Below are positions 13,680 through 27,190 of a DNA stretch of 64,000 nucleotides, piece after piece (positions within the stretch are counted from its first letter, which is position 1; the number at the start of each line of letters is the position of its first letter). The notes under the pieces were generated by a model. That model worked only from the letters and a program-made list of their open reading frames with translations. It was not told the DNA's origin and made no database searches. The position numbers were made by a program, and so were the translations under genes. Source of the DNA: Antedon mediterranea (taxonomy: Eukaryota; Animalia; Echinodermata); the NCBI RefSeq assembly GCF_964355755.1, contig NC_092671.1, positions 10,850,001-10,914,000 of the forward strand. Reading direction: 5' to 3'.

Positions 13680-13914
13680 AGACAATGAAATTACAAATAC
13701 AGTATTATATAACTTAGTGTAAATGTCAACATTTATACGATAATAATTTGTTGTTCTTCAATAAAAAGAACAAAAACATCGTATGAGAAGAACAGGCGCA
13801 CACATACAAAAACTTGTATATTCGTTTTAAATTAATAAAGGTACTATATAAATGTTATATATCACATTATTTATATTCATGGAAATTAAAGATTAAATTA
13901 AATATGCCGAGTTT

Positions 13915-14350
13915 TAAGTTTTCAAGCCATCACGCAGTCTCCTGAACACCCTCTTCGTCCATTTCTTCCTCCTGTTCGTACTATGTCTATGGTCCTTCGC
14001 CATAATCGACACTCTTCTCATCTTCCCTTTAAAGGACGTACTACTCGTTTTATCACTCTACTCTACCTCACTCACTGTCACTCGATCAATCTTATCATCT
14101 TAACGTGTCTTCCTCTTCTGTGCTTGACATTAAAACTGCCCTTAATATGTAACCTATAATTTATTACACTTTTATTAATTAACTATAACAATAACAATAA
14201 TTACAATAATTAAAAATAATAACTACTACAGTAGTAATGACTAACATTTATGTGTTTAAATTTTAAATGTAAATATGTATAATTATGTTTGTTTGATGTA
14301 GTATGTTTAAGCGGATATTAGCCCTTGATGGCATTTGCAAGAATAAAGAA
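13915..14350 (+). mobile_element. 3' fragment of a LINE
   Basis: Translates as FQAITQSPEHPLRPFLPPVRTMSMVLRHNRH..PFKGRTTRF, the HPL..LPP....LR....RT.RF pattern of LINE ORF2 ends. A 3' UTR and AATAAA follow near 14342. Confidence 0.6.
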
Positions 14351-17219
14351 ATTAAATTGTTTTTTATTTATCATATTCTCTTAAAACTCAACTAATTTAA
14401 TTATATAACTGTTACGCTATTTGTATTTACAGTAGGCCTATGTATTATAGGCCCATACATACAAATCCTTATCGAAAGATTTGCGATATAATATAATCTT
14501 TGCTGATCCAGGTTGTGGCGAATTTGTCTGTGTTAAAGTTTGTTGAATTACATTGAAAGTTCATTAACCATAACAATATTTAAAAAAAAAAAAAAGCAGT
14601 AGAGAGGACATAAGGAAGTGGTTACGAGATTATTAGTTATAAGTTTACTGTTTAAAATAAGTACACTAGAAAAGGTACGGTGTGGCAATAAAAGAACGAA
14701 AGCCAAAAGTTGCTACCATATACCATCCTTATAATGATTCTACGAATCTGATGGCAGACATAAGATAAGATGGTTTACGTAAACGTGTTTATGTTACAAA
14801 TTACTAATGTCGAATTAAACAATTCATCACGGATATACTGTAGCTATAACAGTTTAACGATGGTATTTTTGTGTAGGGCTACACTATTAGTTTGATAATA
14901 ATGAGGGGAAGCAAAAGATTAGCCCACTGATCAACAAGCAAAGTTACCTAAAGTGTATCTATCAACTATAGTCTGACACCTCTATTTATTAAGGAGAAAT
15001 ACTTCTATGAAACGGCCGAGGGACTATATTATATTTTACAACACATTGGCCAATCCCTATTCAGGAACACCCTTTTAAGGGGAAATGTTGTTGTCATCTT
15101 ATTCTGCAGTACATATATGTTCCATAAACATCACTCTTTTCAGTATTTACCTGGCTTGGTAGAATGACATTGAATACTTTCATTAATTCGAATTTCTTAG
15201 ATTTAGAGAGATCTTTCCTTGGAATAAAGTACACTCAAACCTACACATCCAAGGTTTAAGAATAATTCTACAGTTGATCTGTATCATTGTTTGATACCTA
15301 CGGTAGCTTAAACGAAGGCCTTTATCAGGATATGTATTAAAAACGTAATCTCCGTACCTGGTATATTAATAAGACTGGCGCATTTTCATCTTGCATACAA
15401 ATTAGTAATGTTTTAATAATAAACATAAATCTATCCACGACGCAACGAACGAAATAGGAGAATTAGGCCTCTTTAAGTGGCATTAACTGTGTTTTAATGT
15501 TTTAATTAACATTAAAAACATAATAATAAGTTTTGCCTATTTCATAATCATAAAGGACTTAAATGCAGAAATAATCATGAATCTATAAAAGTTGCACAAT
15601 TCATGCCTACAATACAAACACCTTACTATAAACTGCCTTAGACAAACCATGTCAAGCGAGTTCACCAATGACAAGCGACAGTTTGAATAAATCATCGCTT
15701 GTAATTGGTCAACTCCCTTACGTTGCGTTGCGTAGTTGTGTTGCGTCTCTAGCGGGAACCACGCATTGCAAGGCTAATAAAAACGTAAACATGTAAAACG
15801 TAAATTGGAACATTTACACACAGAAAGTGCACATTTTCACTTTCTATATATAGGCTACTCAACAAAATAGACCGTTTAAAAGTTGATATAACAATTGTGT
15901 TTACAAAAATCGGTGGTGTTGATGGTTAACCTTGGGTCGTTTCCTTTATTGGTGTGAATGTATTGAAGTTACTTTTTATCACACGTAAACATCTAAGTTA
16001 TAATATTTTTAGCTTACCTGGGATATTGTCTTTAACCAGCTGATGTTTTTGCTGTCTAATTCTGTTTTGACATTATGAAACTCTTTTACAAAACTCCTAT
16101 TTTTGTAAGGCCTATTGTTTATACAAAAGTGAATAACATTCTTTTCCGACTTCATTGGTTTAATTAAAAAACAAAAAAACATGATATAAGAAGTCATAAT
16201 AGAGATATTGATCAACAATGGCTATTTCTCTTTAACAACATTAATGAGTGCGATATCTTTTGGAATCTGATGGAACGTTTTTTAATACAATTATATAAAA
16301 TAAATGTAAAAACATTATAAAATAATAATTAGCAATATTGGTAATAAAACAACCTCTTGCTGGGAATTACTAAATATTCGAATGCGGTTGTAATAGTTAA
16401 TTTAGGCTACATAAGCATCATTATTTGAAATATTAGGCCAATGTGAATATTAGAAAAGTAAAACATCTTGGCCTCTGGAAGAAATGCTTGCCAAGCCATG
16501 TGTATTCTAAAATAATACAATAAATAAATAAAAAATGTTGGTTGCCCATGAAATGCTGTTTACAAAACTCGGGACGCCTGACATGATGCGATCATAAAAA
16601 TACCCCGGAAAAAACAATATTTTTTGCAAACTGTTTTATTAGGCATAATGCAATTTGATTATAGGACAGAAATGGTTGATATGTACATAAGCTTTAAAAC
16701 GCCATTAAAAAAATATGGACACTATACGCCAGGCACCTAATAAGACAATAATAAAGCTAACGATGGCTGCAATGTAGCGGAATGACAAAAGCACGAAAGA
16801 AACAAAAGCTTCCCAGGTACGTATAATGACCCCAATCTTAAATCAAAGCATCTTCATGTGGTATTGCAATTTAAATATAATGCCCCCTACTTAAATTATT
16901 AGTGCAGATTTTGTATATTTACCAACATGTATAATCAATCGACAAGATGCAACTTGTAGTCATTTAAGAAAGGAGATCATTGTTTTGAAAGTTTGGTCCA
17001 TGACCGCACTTATATTGCGTGATAAACTCTTACAAGACCTTGCCTATGCAGACGGATACTGTATACATGATCAACAACACGACACACCTTTGACAACGTA
17101 TTTCCTCTAATCTCACTTCTTTAATATAAAATTTACATACGCCAATAAATCCGGCCACACGCAACAAGACAGTCTACCAGTGAATACCAAAACATTGATT
17201 TGGAATAGTAAAGCTAACG

Positions 17220-20200
17220 ATGACGCAATTACAGAGATTTGTGATGTTGGTAGCGATTCTTATTGGAACTTTAATAAATGTTTCTAAAGCAAACAGGCCT
17301 ACGTAAGTATCTCAAATATCTTCAATATTTTGTTTTTATTTTGTTTATTTAATTTACACATAACTCTTTAAATTAAACTAGGAATAATTCACGTAACATA
17401 CCGTCTTGAGTTACAGGGTAATAAGCCCTTCTACTAAAATTATTAAATGTATAATTTATGTTTTTGGTTCGTTTTATCAAGAAAATATCATGAATTTTGT
17501 AAAAAAAAAAATCTTTCATTTTAAATGTTTTTCATAATTCAAATGTATTTGGCGACGAGTGTTTTGTAAAACATTATTGCAAAAATAAAACAAATAACAA
17601 AATAAATTAATATGCGTTTTGTATTCATTACCTTGTTTTCAAGGATCTTGTTTTTCAAAATTATCAAATATATTTACCTTATTTTTTTTTTTAGATTACG
17701 AATTCTATTTCATAGATAAAACGAACTGGCGGATAAATAACTTTTTTTTTCTTTTCTTAATTATTTTGACTTATTTTGATATTTTGATAAATGGCAGCCT
17801 TAATATATTTTTACATTTGTCACTCTAAATGGAATGTTTAGATTTCTTCTTTATCATACACAGTAAAAGTCGATTATGCAACATATTGTGTTGTAGTGAA
17901 GTCTTGGACTTAAACGCTACTTGTGATAAGGTTTGCAACGAATGCAAGAAAAACCATTCAGGTAGTTCTCTTTTTTTCTCTTTTGTGGCGTAAACACCAC
18001 TTTTATTAACATTAATATCATATCATCGTTCATGTCATCGCATCAAATCCTATACTATTTATCCCATTTTTGTTAATTTCTAATGTCATTACAATTTGTT
18101 AAACTTCACCAGTAACATTCTTAAATCTTGTGAATTCAATTTGTATTCCGAATTACCTTTTCAGATAGTTATCTTAATATTTATTTTCCCTTTTTTTAAA
18201 TCGCGTGAGTAACCGACTTTTGTTGAAGGGCAGGTGCAAGAAAAAGTATATTGAACTGAATTTTAAACCCGCTTTGTTTACTAAAAGAGAATTCTGAATG
18301 TTGAAGGGCACAAAAGAATAACAGACTACTACATGTACTAATACCTTTTGTTACAATAATGTGTCTAATATTATTATGATATACACAAACTAGTCTAACT
18401 TCAGAACTCACGAGTGCTACAGTTTGAAAATGTTGACTTTTTCTTTCTCTTTTTGGTGAAAAAAAGTATTGCCATAGAAGAGTCAGATTTCAAACTCTCT
18501 TATTGTGGGATTTTTCCTCTTAAACGTTGGAGACTAATTGTACTACCACATTTTTGAAAAAATGTTGCTTGTTTCTCAGCAGATTGTTTCCGTTAATATT
18601 GTTCTAAATAAAAGAATATTAATTTTAGAATAATTTACTATTCATCTCCTAATAACTTACTGTAACTAAACTTGTATTTGCTTTATCAAAACAAGTATCA
18701 CTTATTCATTTTCAGATATATTGGATATTCCTACTTTCGATGTTGATTAACTATACGTTTCAAATATTGCCTAATACAATGATTGTTTTTATCTTGTAGT
18801 GGGTGGCGTATGTGAGCTGAGAACTTCAAAGAATACACAGCGAGGCTGCAACAAACACTTTACCTGTGATGTCACTTGCAGGAATGAATGTAGCGTGAGA
18901 AGAGAAGGTATATCGGAAACCCTTATTTCTAATCTACTTACCTTATGTGTTTCTGAACCTGAACAGGTTACACCATAGAGGTATATCTATTTTATGCCGC
19001 CATGATTAATTATATTGTATCGCTAAACTGTAATAATTATTCTCCCTCAATCAGTCAATCAATCAATCAATCAACCAGACTTGTTTTGCTTTTTTAAATT
19101 TCTTTTGTAAGTTTATAGTATAGAAAAATATACGATAATTAAAAAAGAGGTTTATATGAAAAGTGAATTTATAAAATTTAAAAATATTATAGGCCTACCA
19201 CTGATGAAATTAATCAAATTGTAATGATAAAAAACATTAGAAAATAACAAGAATTTGATAATAATGAAAATAATATGAATATGTTATTGTGATGATAACT
19301 ATGATGATATTAATGTAAATAAAAGTGGTGTGTACGCAACAAAAGAGAAAAATATATATATATCGCCGGTATAACATAATAGTAATGTTCAGAGTTTTCA
19401 GACGTTTTCTTACCTCATGGTAAAATAACTCCTTGAGCTCAAGTCTTTAATTCAACTTCACACTGATACAGTAACATTTGTTACGTTTGATATTTATTTA
19501 TTATATAATTATTTATTTTTAATAGACGACGAATCTAGAGAAAGTGATTTCGGCAGTGGGGACCACCACACTACGCAGATCACTCCCGCTGTTAACCCAC
19601 GTACTTCCAGTAATCCTCTACACACTGACGAATCGCAGAATCTTGAAAATGATTATTTTGATAATGCAGCCACGTATGATGATGATGATGATGATGATGA
19701 CAGTTCGCCGCCAGTTCATTATGAATCCACTTGGGGCCTTACAGAATTGCATATTATTCTTATTATCGTAGCAGTGTCCCTCTTTCTCATGATTGTGTTT
19801 GTGTTTGTTTTCTTGATGATAAATGAGAGGAGGCCGCCACCAGTAAAGTAAGTAAACTTTTACATAACTATGTATTAATATAAACAGACCATTCAAGATG
19901 AACAAGTTATTACCCATAGAAAACTAATCTGAATCTGAACTTACACACGGCTCCAATGCAACTATTGTCGTATAATGTTTAGTACAATTAGCGCAGCTTT
20001 TGGTTCTTGGAACAATGGAACATGTTGTTTTAAATATAAGAAACCGTATCAAGATATACTAGGAATTCAGTAGTATATCAGTGTTTGGTAAAAGTGTATA
20101 TGAATGGTATGTACGTAGTATAAATAATTATATAATGATATGCAATTTGTTTTTTTTAAATAGCAACAGCAGAGGGCAGTATCCACCGTCAGTATTCTAC

Positions 20201-20682
20201 ACTGGTAAAATGGCCACAATAAGCCAAGGTTGGTTATTTTTAGTTTAAACATTCCTTTAAAAATTCAATTTGAATGTAGAAATTGATAATTATTTAAAAA
20301 TAAATATTTACACTGAATGTATGGTTAAGGTATCACCACCACAACCACTGCACCAGAGAACCATTAGTGACAGAACAGACGTACTCCAAATTGAAAACAT
20401 AGATACGATCATTTTCATTTCATTTATTTCGTCTCACATAACAAACAATAGAGAGAGACAGAATTCCCAAAAGCGAACTAAATCAAACTATCAAGTGGGT
20501 CTGCACGCATGTCTAATGCGAACTTTAAATGTCGGTTACATTGTAATATTTGTATTTTATTCAACCGGGATTACAATTCAAAATGTAAGAGTTCAATTTT
20601 GGAAACTGCATTAATTAATTTATTTTTTCTCATTGCAGGATTCAATCAGCCATCGACGGATTTCTCAAATGCATGGCGTTAG
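17220..20682 (+). CDS. Single-pass type I membrane protein, cluster gene A (Cys-rich ectodomain, acidic stalk, short tail), about 231 aa
   Basis: Exons 17220-17302 (signal peptide MTQLQRFVMLVAILIGTLINVSKA), 17864-17961 and 18800-18907 (Cys-rich), 19526-19847 (stalk and TM), 20164-20204 and 20639-20682. All introns are GT-AG and phase-consistent (2,1,1,2,1). The last two exons are less certain. Confidence 0.72.
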
Positions 20683-21754
20683 TTAGTTCAACGACGGCGG
20701 GTTAAATAGAAAATATCTAAATAATTTGATTCAGCTGACACTATACCAACGATATAGTTACTTATAAAATTCGTTAAGAATTATATAATAGTAATTCAAA
20801 AAGTATCTATTGTAACAATTCGATACGTTACATGGTGTGTGACGATATGATGTGTGACGATGTGTGACAAGGTGTGATAATTTGGTGTGTGAATATATGA
20901 TGTGTGATGGTGACAATAACTAACGGTAGACATTTTATAATGATTGCAATACAACCAGTGTGTTATTTTGTTTTCTCTATTTTTAAACTTTTTACTAAAA
21001 ATAAAAACCTGTATTATATTTTTGGGACTATTAGTGAGACTCGAACGATTTTGTGAATGATTTCACACAATCAAATTGTCTAAATAATTAACTTATTTTA
21101 ATGTAAAAAAACAACATTTTTCTTCATGTAATTGCTAAATTGTAAATATGAAAAACATTCAATGTTATGTGACGTTGTACATAGTTTATACTTAGTGGCG
21201 AGATTGTACATTTTTGATACAGTAAATATAAGACATAGTTCATAAACATTTTTCGAGAGTACTGCCAGTAATAAATTAAGTAAATACGATGTTATGAGGA
21301 CTACTTTCTTTTAATTTGTTATATCTGTTTCTATAACACTTTTTATTCAAATAGAAATAATATTATCGCATAATAATTGAATTTAAAAAAGTTCCTTATG
21401 TTGGTCATTTTCTGACAAAATCCTACAACAGGGGTTTTTTCCTCGGAAAAGGGGCCAAATTTCAAAAACATAACACGGAAATGATAAGTGCATAATATAA
21501 GCTCAAGAAGGAAATAGCAGGTAGACGATATACGGTAATCATGCATCTAGTGAACAAAGACTCTTTGTGAAATCGATAATAATACTTACATTGATTTATT
21601 GAATGAGTTCATTCAGTATACAGTATACCTAGCGTGTAATTACATACTGGGAAGACCAACTAGTTGTTATAGTCCCCATTATTGGGTGGTGCATAGAAAC
21701 GTTATATAGAAATAAATCAGTAAAATGAGATTCTCAATCAACAATATAGGCCTA

Positions 21755-22536
21755 CGGTAGAACCCTACTTTGGAACACCTCAGGGGAAACCTCTATTGAG
21801 ATTCTCTCGTGGACGAACGAGGGGAATCGGGTTTTAACTTACGACAAAACCCTATTCACGTGACACCTCTATTAAGGAGATTCTCTCGTGGACGAACGAG
21901 GGGAATCGTGTTTTAACTTACGACAAAACCCTATTCACGTGACACCTCTATTAAGGAGATTCTCTCGTGGACGAACGAGGGGAATCGTGTTTTAACTTAC
22001 GACAAAACCCTATTCACGTGACACCTCTATTAAGGAGATTCTCTCGTGGACGAACGAGGGGAATCGTGTTTTAACTTACGACAAAACCCTATTCACGTGA
22101 CACCTCTATTAAGGAGATTCTCTCGTGGACGAACGAGGGGAATCGTGTTTTAACTTACGACAAAACCCTATTCACGTGACACCTCTATTAAGGAGATTCT
22201 CTCGTGGACGAACGAGGGGAATCGTGTTTTAACTTACGACAAAACCCTATTCACGTGACACCTCTATTAAGGAGATTCTCTCGTGGACGAACGAGGGGAA
22301 TCGTGTTTTAACTTACGACAAAACCCTATTCACGTGACACCTCTATTAAGGAGATTCTCTCGTGGACGAACGAGGGGAATCGTGTTTTAACTTACGACAA
22401 AACCCTATTCACGTGACACCTCTATTAAGGAGATTCTCTCGTGGACGAACGAGGGGAATCGTGTTTTAACTTACGACAAAACCCTATTCACGTGACATCC
22501 CTATTAAGGGACAGCTTCTTAATAGGGGTTCTACTG
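21755..22536. mobile_element. Tc1/mariner-pogo-type MITE carrying an internal satellite
   Basis: Inverted ends CGGTAGAACCCTA and TAGGGGTTCTACTG, each flanked by TA (21753-21754 and 22537-22538). Confidence 0.65.
21798..22510. repeat. 79-bp tandem repeat, 9 near-identical copies
   Basis: The unit ATTCTCTCGTGGACGAACGAGGGGAATCGTGTTTTAACTTACGACAAAACCCTATTCACGTGACACCTCTATTAAGGAG starts at 21801, 21880, 21959 and so on to 22433. Confidence 0.97.
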
Positions 22537-22832
22537 TAGATCCGTTCAAGGAGGGGGTAGTGAATATGTTTAAACTGTACATAATTGGAAAGAAGTGTGC
22601 AATACAAACTTGACAAAACATTAAATCACACCCCGCGAACCGATTGATAATACAGTAGGAATACGAAATTAAATCATTCTGAACTTAATGATATTATTAT
22701 AGTCTATTAAGGGATATGAAAGAGACTGTCACCTGCGCTACTCTACCGCCTTCCAGTTTCTCGAAATGTACGATTGAAATAATGTACATATCTAAAATAC
22801 ATATCTGAAATCATCCAGAATAAGCTTGTAGT

Positions 22833-23140
22833 AAAGCTTGGTTCCCACTAGGACGCAACGCAAGAACGTAAGTGCAACGCAAGCGAGTTGTCCAATCACA
22901 ACGCGATGGATCATCGAACTGTCGTTTGCGATTGGTCATTTCGCTTGCGTTGCGTCTACGTCCTTGCGTTGCGTCATAATGGGAACTAAAGCTTGGTTCC
23001 CATTAGGACGCAACGCAACGACGTAGATGCAACGCAATCGAGTTGACCAATGACAAGCGACAGTTTGAATAATTCATCTCTTGTGATTGGTCAAATTCCT
23101 TGCGTTGCGTTACGTCGTCGCTAGTGGGAACCACGCTTAA
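22833..23140. mobile_element. Two adjacent copies of a foldback MITE (AAGCTTGGTTCCCACTAG ends, ACGCAACGCAA motifs)
   Basis: Inverted ends GGTTCCCACTAG and CTAGTGGGAACC. Relatives lie at about 15640-15765 and 34900-35100, the latter with expanded internal 19-bp repeats. Confidence 0.65.
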
Positions 23141-23538
23141 GCTTAAAGCATAAACTGGGGTTAAGCTTAGAAAACACATTCTAACAGAAGGTACATTATA
23201 ACAACAACAATACCCAAGTCTTTAGACATCGATTTATGGTGTCTTTAAATGGAATGCATTGAAGTCCTGAAGCTTAAAGGGTGCAAAAGTACTGATCGTT
23301 ACTGTACCATGAAAGTTGAACCCTAAACAACAATACACATTTGATTGCGTCATTGAAAATCAGTTTGTGTTTTCTAAATGGTTGCATTGAAGCATACACA
23401 AGAAAGGGTAAAAGCAAACACGGATATACATGTTCATCGATTCACAAGAATTCGTATTAAAAAATAGATACTGCTAAAACTTTTAAAGTTATTGCTAAAC
23501 ATTTACAGCGACGTACATGGACCGAGTGTGAAACAAAA

Positions 23539-26500
23539 ACGCGACTTCAATCCTTCTCATTGATTTGTATATGTTGTATCTTGTGTGTAGTGGATCACGT
23601 TATTGCCCAGATGACTTGTAGGCAAGTATTTAGTTAGATCTAAATAGTTAAGTCGAATGTACAACTAAAATATATTATGAAGCAAGTAATATATAACTAG
23701 GCACTATAAACACTAATAATATTATTTATAGTATTATGTTGATTATATTACTACAACATACTTATATATGTAGGCAAGTAGTATGTTTTAGGCTAGTAGT
23801 ATAAAGTTCGAATATAATACTACAATATTTATGTATATAGGCAAGTAATATTTTTAGTTAGGCCTAATATTTCTATAAGAAAATAAAAATTACTATTAGA
23901 GTGTATTATAGTTAGGTCTAAAATATAGAATTCCTTACAATTACTACAATGCTCTACCATGAGTCTTTTCAATGATAAGCTTCTGAGTAGGCCTATAACA
24001 GCAAAAACAAAACGAAAATAACAACATTTGTGTGTTGATTTACAGCTGTTGCTGTAAGAAGGAAATGCGTAACAGTAAGTCAAATTTGATTTATTTACTA
24101 TTTACGAAGTTCAGATGTTTCAGTGTAGAGTAAAGGTTAATTTAGTATGCATAATTTAGCCAATTCGCCAAATAAAAGAAGTAAAATTGGTCGCCGACCA
24201 ATCAGTAACATTTACTTAGTTTAACGAACAAAGTATCAATGATATCACTGTTTCGTGGTTAAGATGTAAATATATAATCGACGTATAATATATATATATA
24301 TATAAACAACTTGACATTGTACAGAAAATATTCTTGCTTACTGTTGATTATAGACTGTACAAGATGTATTGTAAATAAGCTCGAATGTTCCAACAGCCAG
24401 TGTTGGTCTTCTGAGTTATTTTGTTGTCGGACAAGTAACGTATATTATTATTATTATTATTATTTACCCTATTGTAACGAAACTTATTTTAGTTTATTTA
24501 AATCTTATCGGGAAATTTGATTATTTCCCATATTTCCACATTAAAACAATACACAACACCAATCTATCAATCAATAAACGTATAATGTTTGTATCATCTA
24601 TATACGATAAATTCTGAGAATAATAATAATAATAATAATTATTATTATAATAGGTAAGGTCGGCATTATATATTACCTTCTGTACCACAAACGTTACGTG
24701 ACATGCTGTACATACAGACGTTACATGACAGTACTCGTACACGGGAACTTTTGACTTAAATACATTAGTAAAATTAATTGGAAACCTTTTTTTCAGACGT
24801 AAATTGTAGTTGTTATGGCCTTGATAAATGCAGTAACTGTACAGACGATGGTTCTACTTCTGGTAACGTTATTATTTATATTATTTAAATAAAAACATAA
24901 GAAAGTATTGAGGCATGCAACCAAGATACGTGGTAGTCTCTGTTTGGTTGAAATTAATATTATTCATAATATCATTGACTACAATTAACTGTAAACGTTT
25001 TCTTAATTATTATTTTAAAAATTACCTCCGCAATATAGACCTAGATATAACCATAATTGTTGTCTCATTTGCTGCCGTCGTTGTAATTATTGGTATTCTC
25101 ATAACCATTTGTTATTGGATCAAGCGAAAAGACAGAAATCAAAGGTAAACATTGTTTTACATCACGGCATTAATTATTCAAGATAGGCCTACTATAATCG
25201 TTTCAAATATTGTTGCATGAGCAAAGTATGACAAGATTTCATTGAGTGTCGAAAATAAATGTATGAGTGAAGTATAAACGCGCCTATTATAGAACCATGC
25301 AATAATATAGTGTTATTATATACATTGTTGTTTATGTTTATTTCTAAAGGCCTCCACATTCTCCAAAGGTAAAGTATGCTGCTAATGGAGAAACCATCGA
25401 AGTACAAGGTAATGTTAACTTTTATATTTCACTTGGTGTGTTGTTAAACATACAAAAAAAAAGATGATTGAAATCAAACTTTGAATGCTGTTTTATAGTT
25501 TTAATAAAGTTTTTCATTTTTTCATTGATTTTGCTTATAAGAAAGACAAATAGCTTTTTTAAATGAGATTCTAGTTAACTTTTTATTTATTACGGTTTTA
25601 TCTGGTAAACAATTTGTTTCCGATCCATTTTGGGCCAAATGAATAAAAGCTACCGCACTGACATAGCATGTCATAGCAATCTGACATATAATTATTTAGT
25701 TACCGTAACATGTTACCTTTAGTTAGTTAGTATACATATTAATATAATTATTATATAACAATTTTCATTTATTTGTTGTTCTGTACTACTACTACTTTTT
25801 TTTTTTTTATAAATATAAATATTTGTTTTTATTTAAAGGTGAACCAAGCGTATCAACCCAACCGCTTCCGGCTATTCCAGTTACCAATCATTATACTCTG
25901 GCAGAATTACAAAATAACACATATGAACAAATTAAACCTTGTTATTCAAGTCTCAAAAGAAACAGCAATGGATCAGAAGATTATACAACCCTTAACAAAA
26001 ACGTTGATGTAAACGCATCAAGCGCTGAAGGAATTGAAGACAAAACTAGAACTATGTCTTCCACCAATAGGGACGAAGTTGCAAATACGTATGCACAACT
26101 TACGAAAAAACCTGCGACTAAGTATACCACACCGTATTTAGAAAACGAAATCACTCCAAAACAAGCGACACCTAAACAGAACGACGACTACGAGGATACT
26201 GAAGTGGCATACGATAAGTTAAAACACCATGCATGTACTCGCCCAAATGACGATGACATATCAGATGATTACAACAAACTGGCTTCCGTAACTGCTGATG
26301 GAGATTTGGAAGACGATTATTCTCATCTTGACAGGACATCCAAAAATGTATCAAGTGGTGTCAAAAACCAGTATAGTCAGTTAGAATTGACTGCTGCCAA
26401 TGCTGCTGATGGAACAAATCCGAGAGGAGAAACAAATCAAGGTTATGAAGATACTTGGTTATCAAAGACACCTGAAAATGAAAACCCGGTAATGGTTCAA

Positions 26501-26575
26501 ACTGAAAACGACAAAAACTGTGCGAAGGAGCCAAAAGTAAACGGTGGATATGAACAAGCGATTATTAACAATTGA
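23539..26575 (+). CDS. Single-pass receptor-like protein, cluster gene B (Cys-rich ectodomain, long Tyr-motif tail), about 386 aa; start codon uncertain
   Basis: Exons 23539-23621 (signal-like, begins ACG, GC donor), 24046-24074, 24354-24434 and 24797-24862 (Cys-rich), 25039-25144 (TM ITIIVVSFAAVVVIIGILITICYWI), 25350-25408 and 25839-26575 (tail with many YxxL/I). Phases 2,1,1,1,2,1 are consistent. Confidence 0.72.
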
Positions 26576-26611
26576 TAAACTTTCCACAGAGAGATTTAAT
26601 CTCATATCTTG

Positions 26612-26778
26612 TAAAGCTCTGTCTACACTTTCAAACTAGTTTGACAAAAAAAGTGTGATGTGCCAAATATGGTAGTGGTATACCCAAATATGGTAGTGAT
26701 ATGACATCATTATGTCCATATATAGGCACATCACATTTTTTGTCACATAAAGTTGGATAGTGTGTAGACAGAACTTAA
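26612..26778. mobile_element. MITE with AAGCTCTGTCTACACT...AGTGTAGACAGAGCTT ends
   Basis: The terminal inverted repeats are visible. Other copies lie at about 35342-35508, 44136-44320 (with a TATG microsatellite) and 58632-58735 (partial). Confidence 0.75.
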
Positions 26779-27190
26779 GTCTACTTTTAACTTTGGACAA
26801 AAGACAAATACTTATTAATGGTGTAAAAATATCTTATAGATTATAGTAGCAAAGTATAAGTAACGAGATAGTCTAAATGTTTCAAGAGTAGTATTACTGC
26901 TTTCAGCATAGTCATTATTATTATATACATGTGACTGTTTACTTTGTATGGGTTGTTATGACAATGATTATATGTTTGTGTGAGTCCATTGTGGCAAAAG
27001 TACTTGCTTGCGTAGTTTGAAAAGCTAGTATATTATTTTAATTGAATAAACTTAGCAGGAACTATAGGAGATTTCGACATTAAAAGGATTTCTGAAAATA
27101 CTCATAATATACGTGTATATAAAAAGAGGATTTTGTGTTTGCCGATAGGTGGCTCTCTTCACAATTATCAATTAGGAAAATTGTAATGAA

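Noticed and set aside
19544-19771. Poly-Met ORF, and the poly-Ile ORF on the opposite strand
   Set aside because: These are alternative frames of the GAT repeat that encodes poly-Asp in gene A.
20270-20614. 114-aa ORF as the tail of gene A
   Set aside because: It has a weak acceptor and the wrong phase. Exons 20164-20204 and 20639-20682 fit the family pattern better.
21798-22510. CRISPR-like regular array
   Set aside because: The units are identical end to end, with no unique spacers and no cas genes, in a eukaryotic context. It is a satellite.
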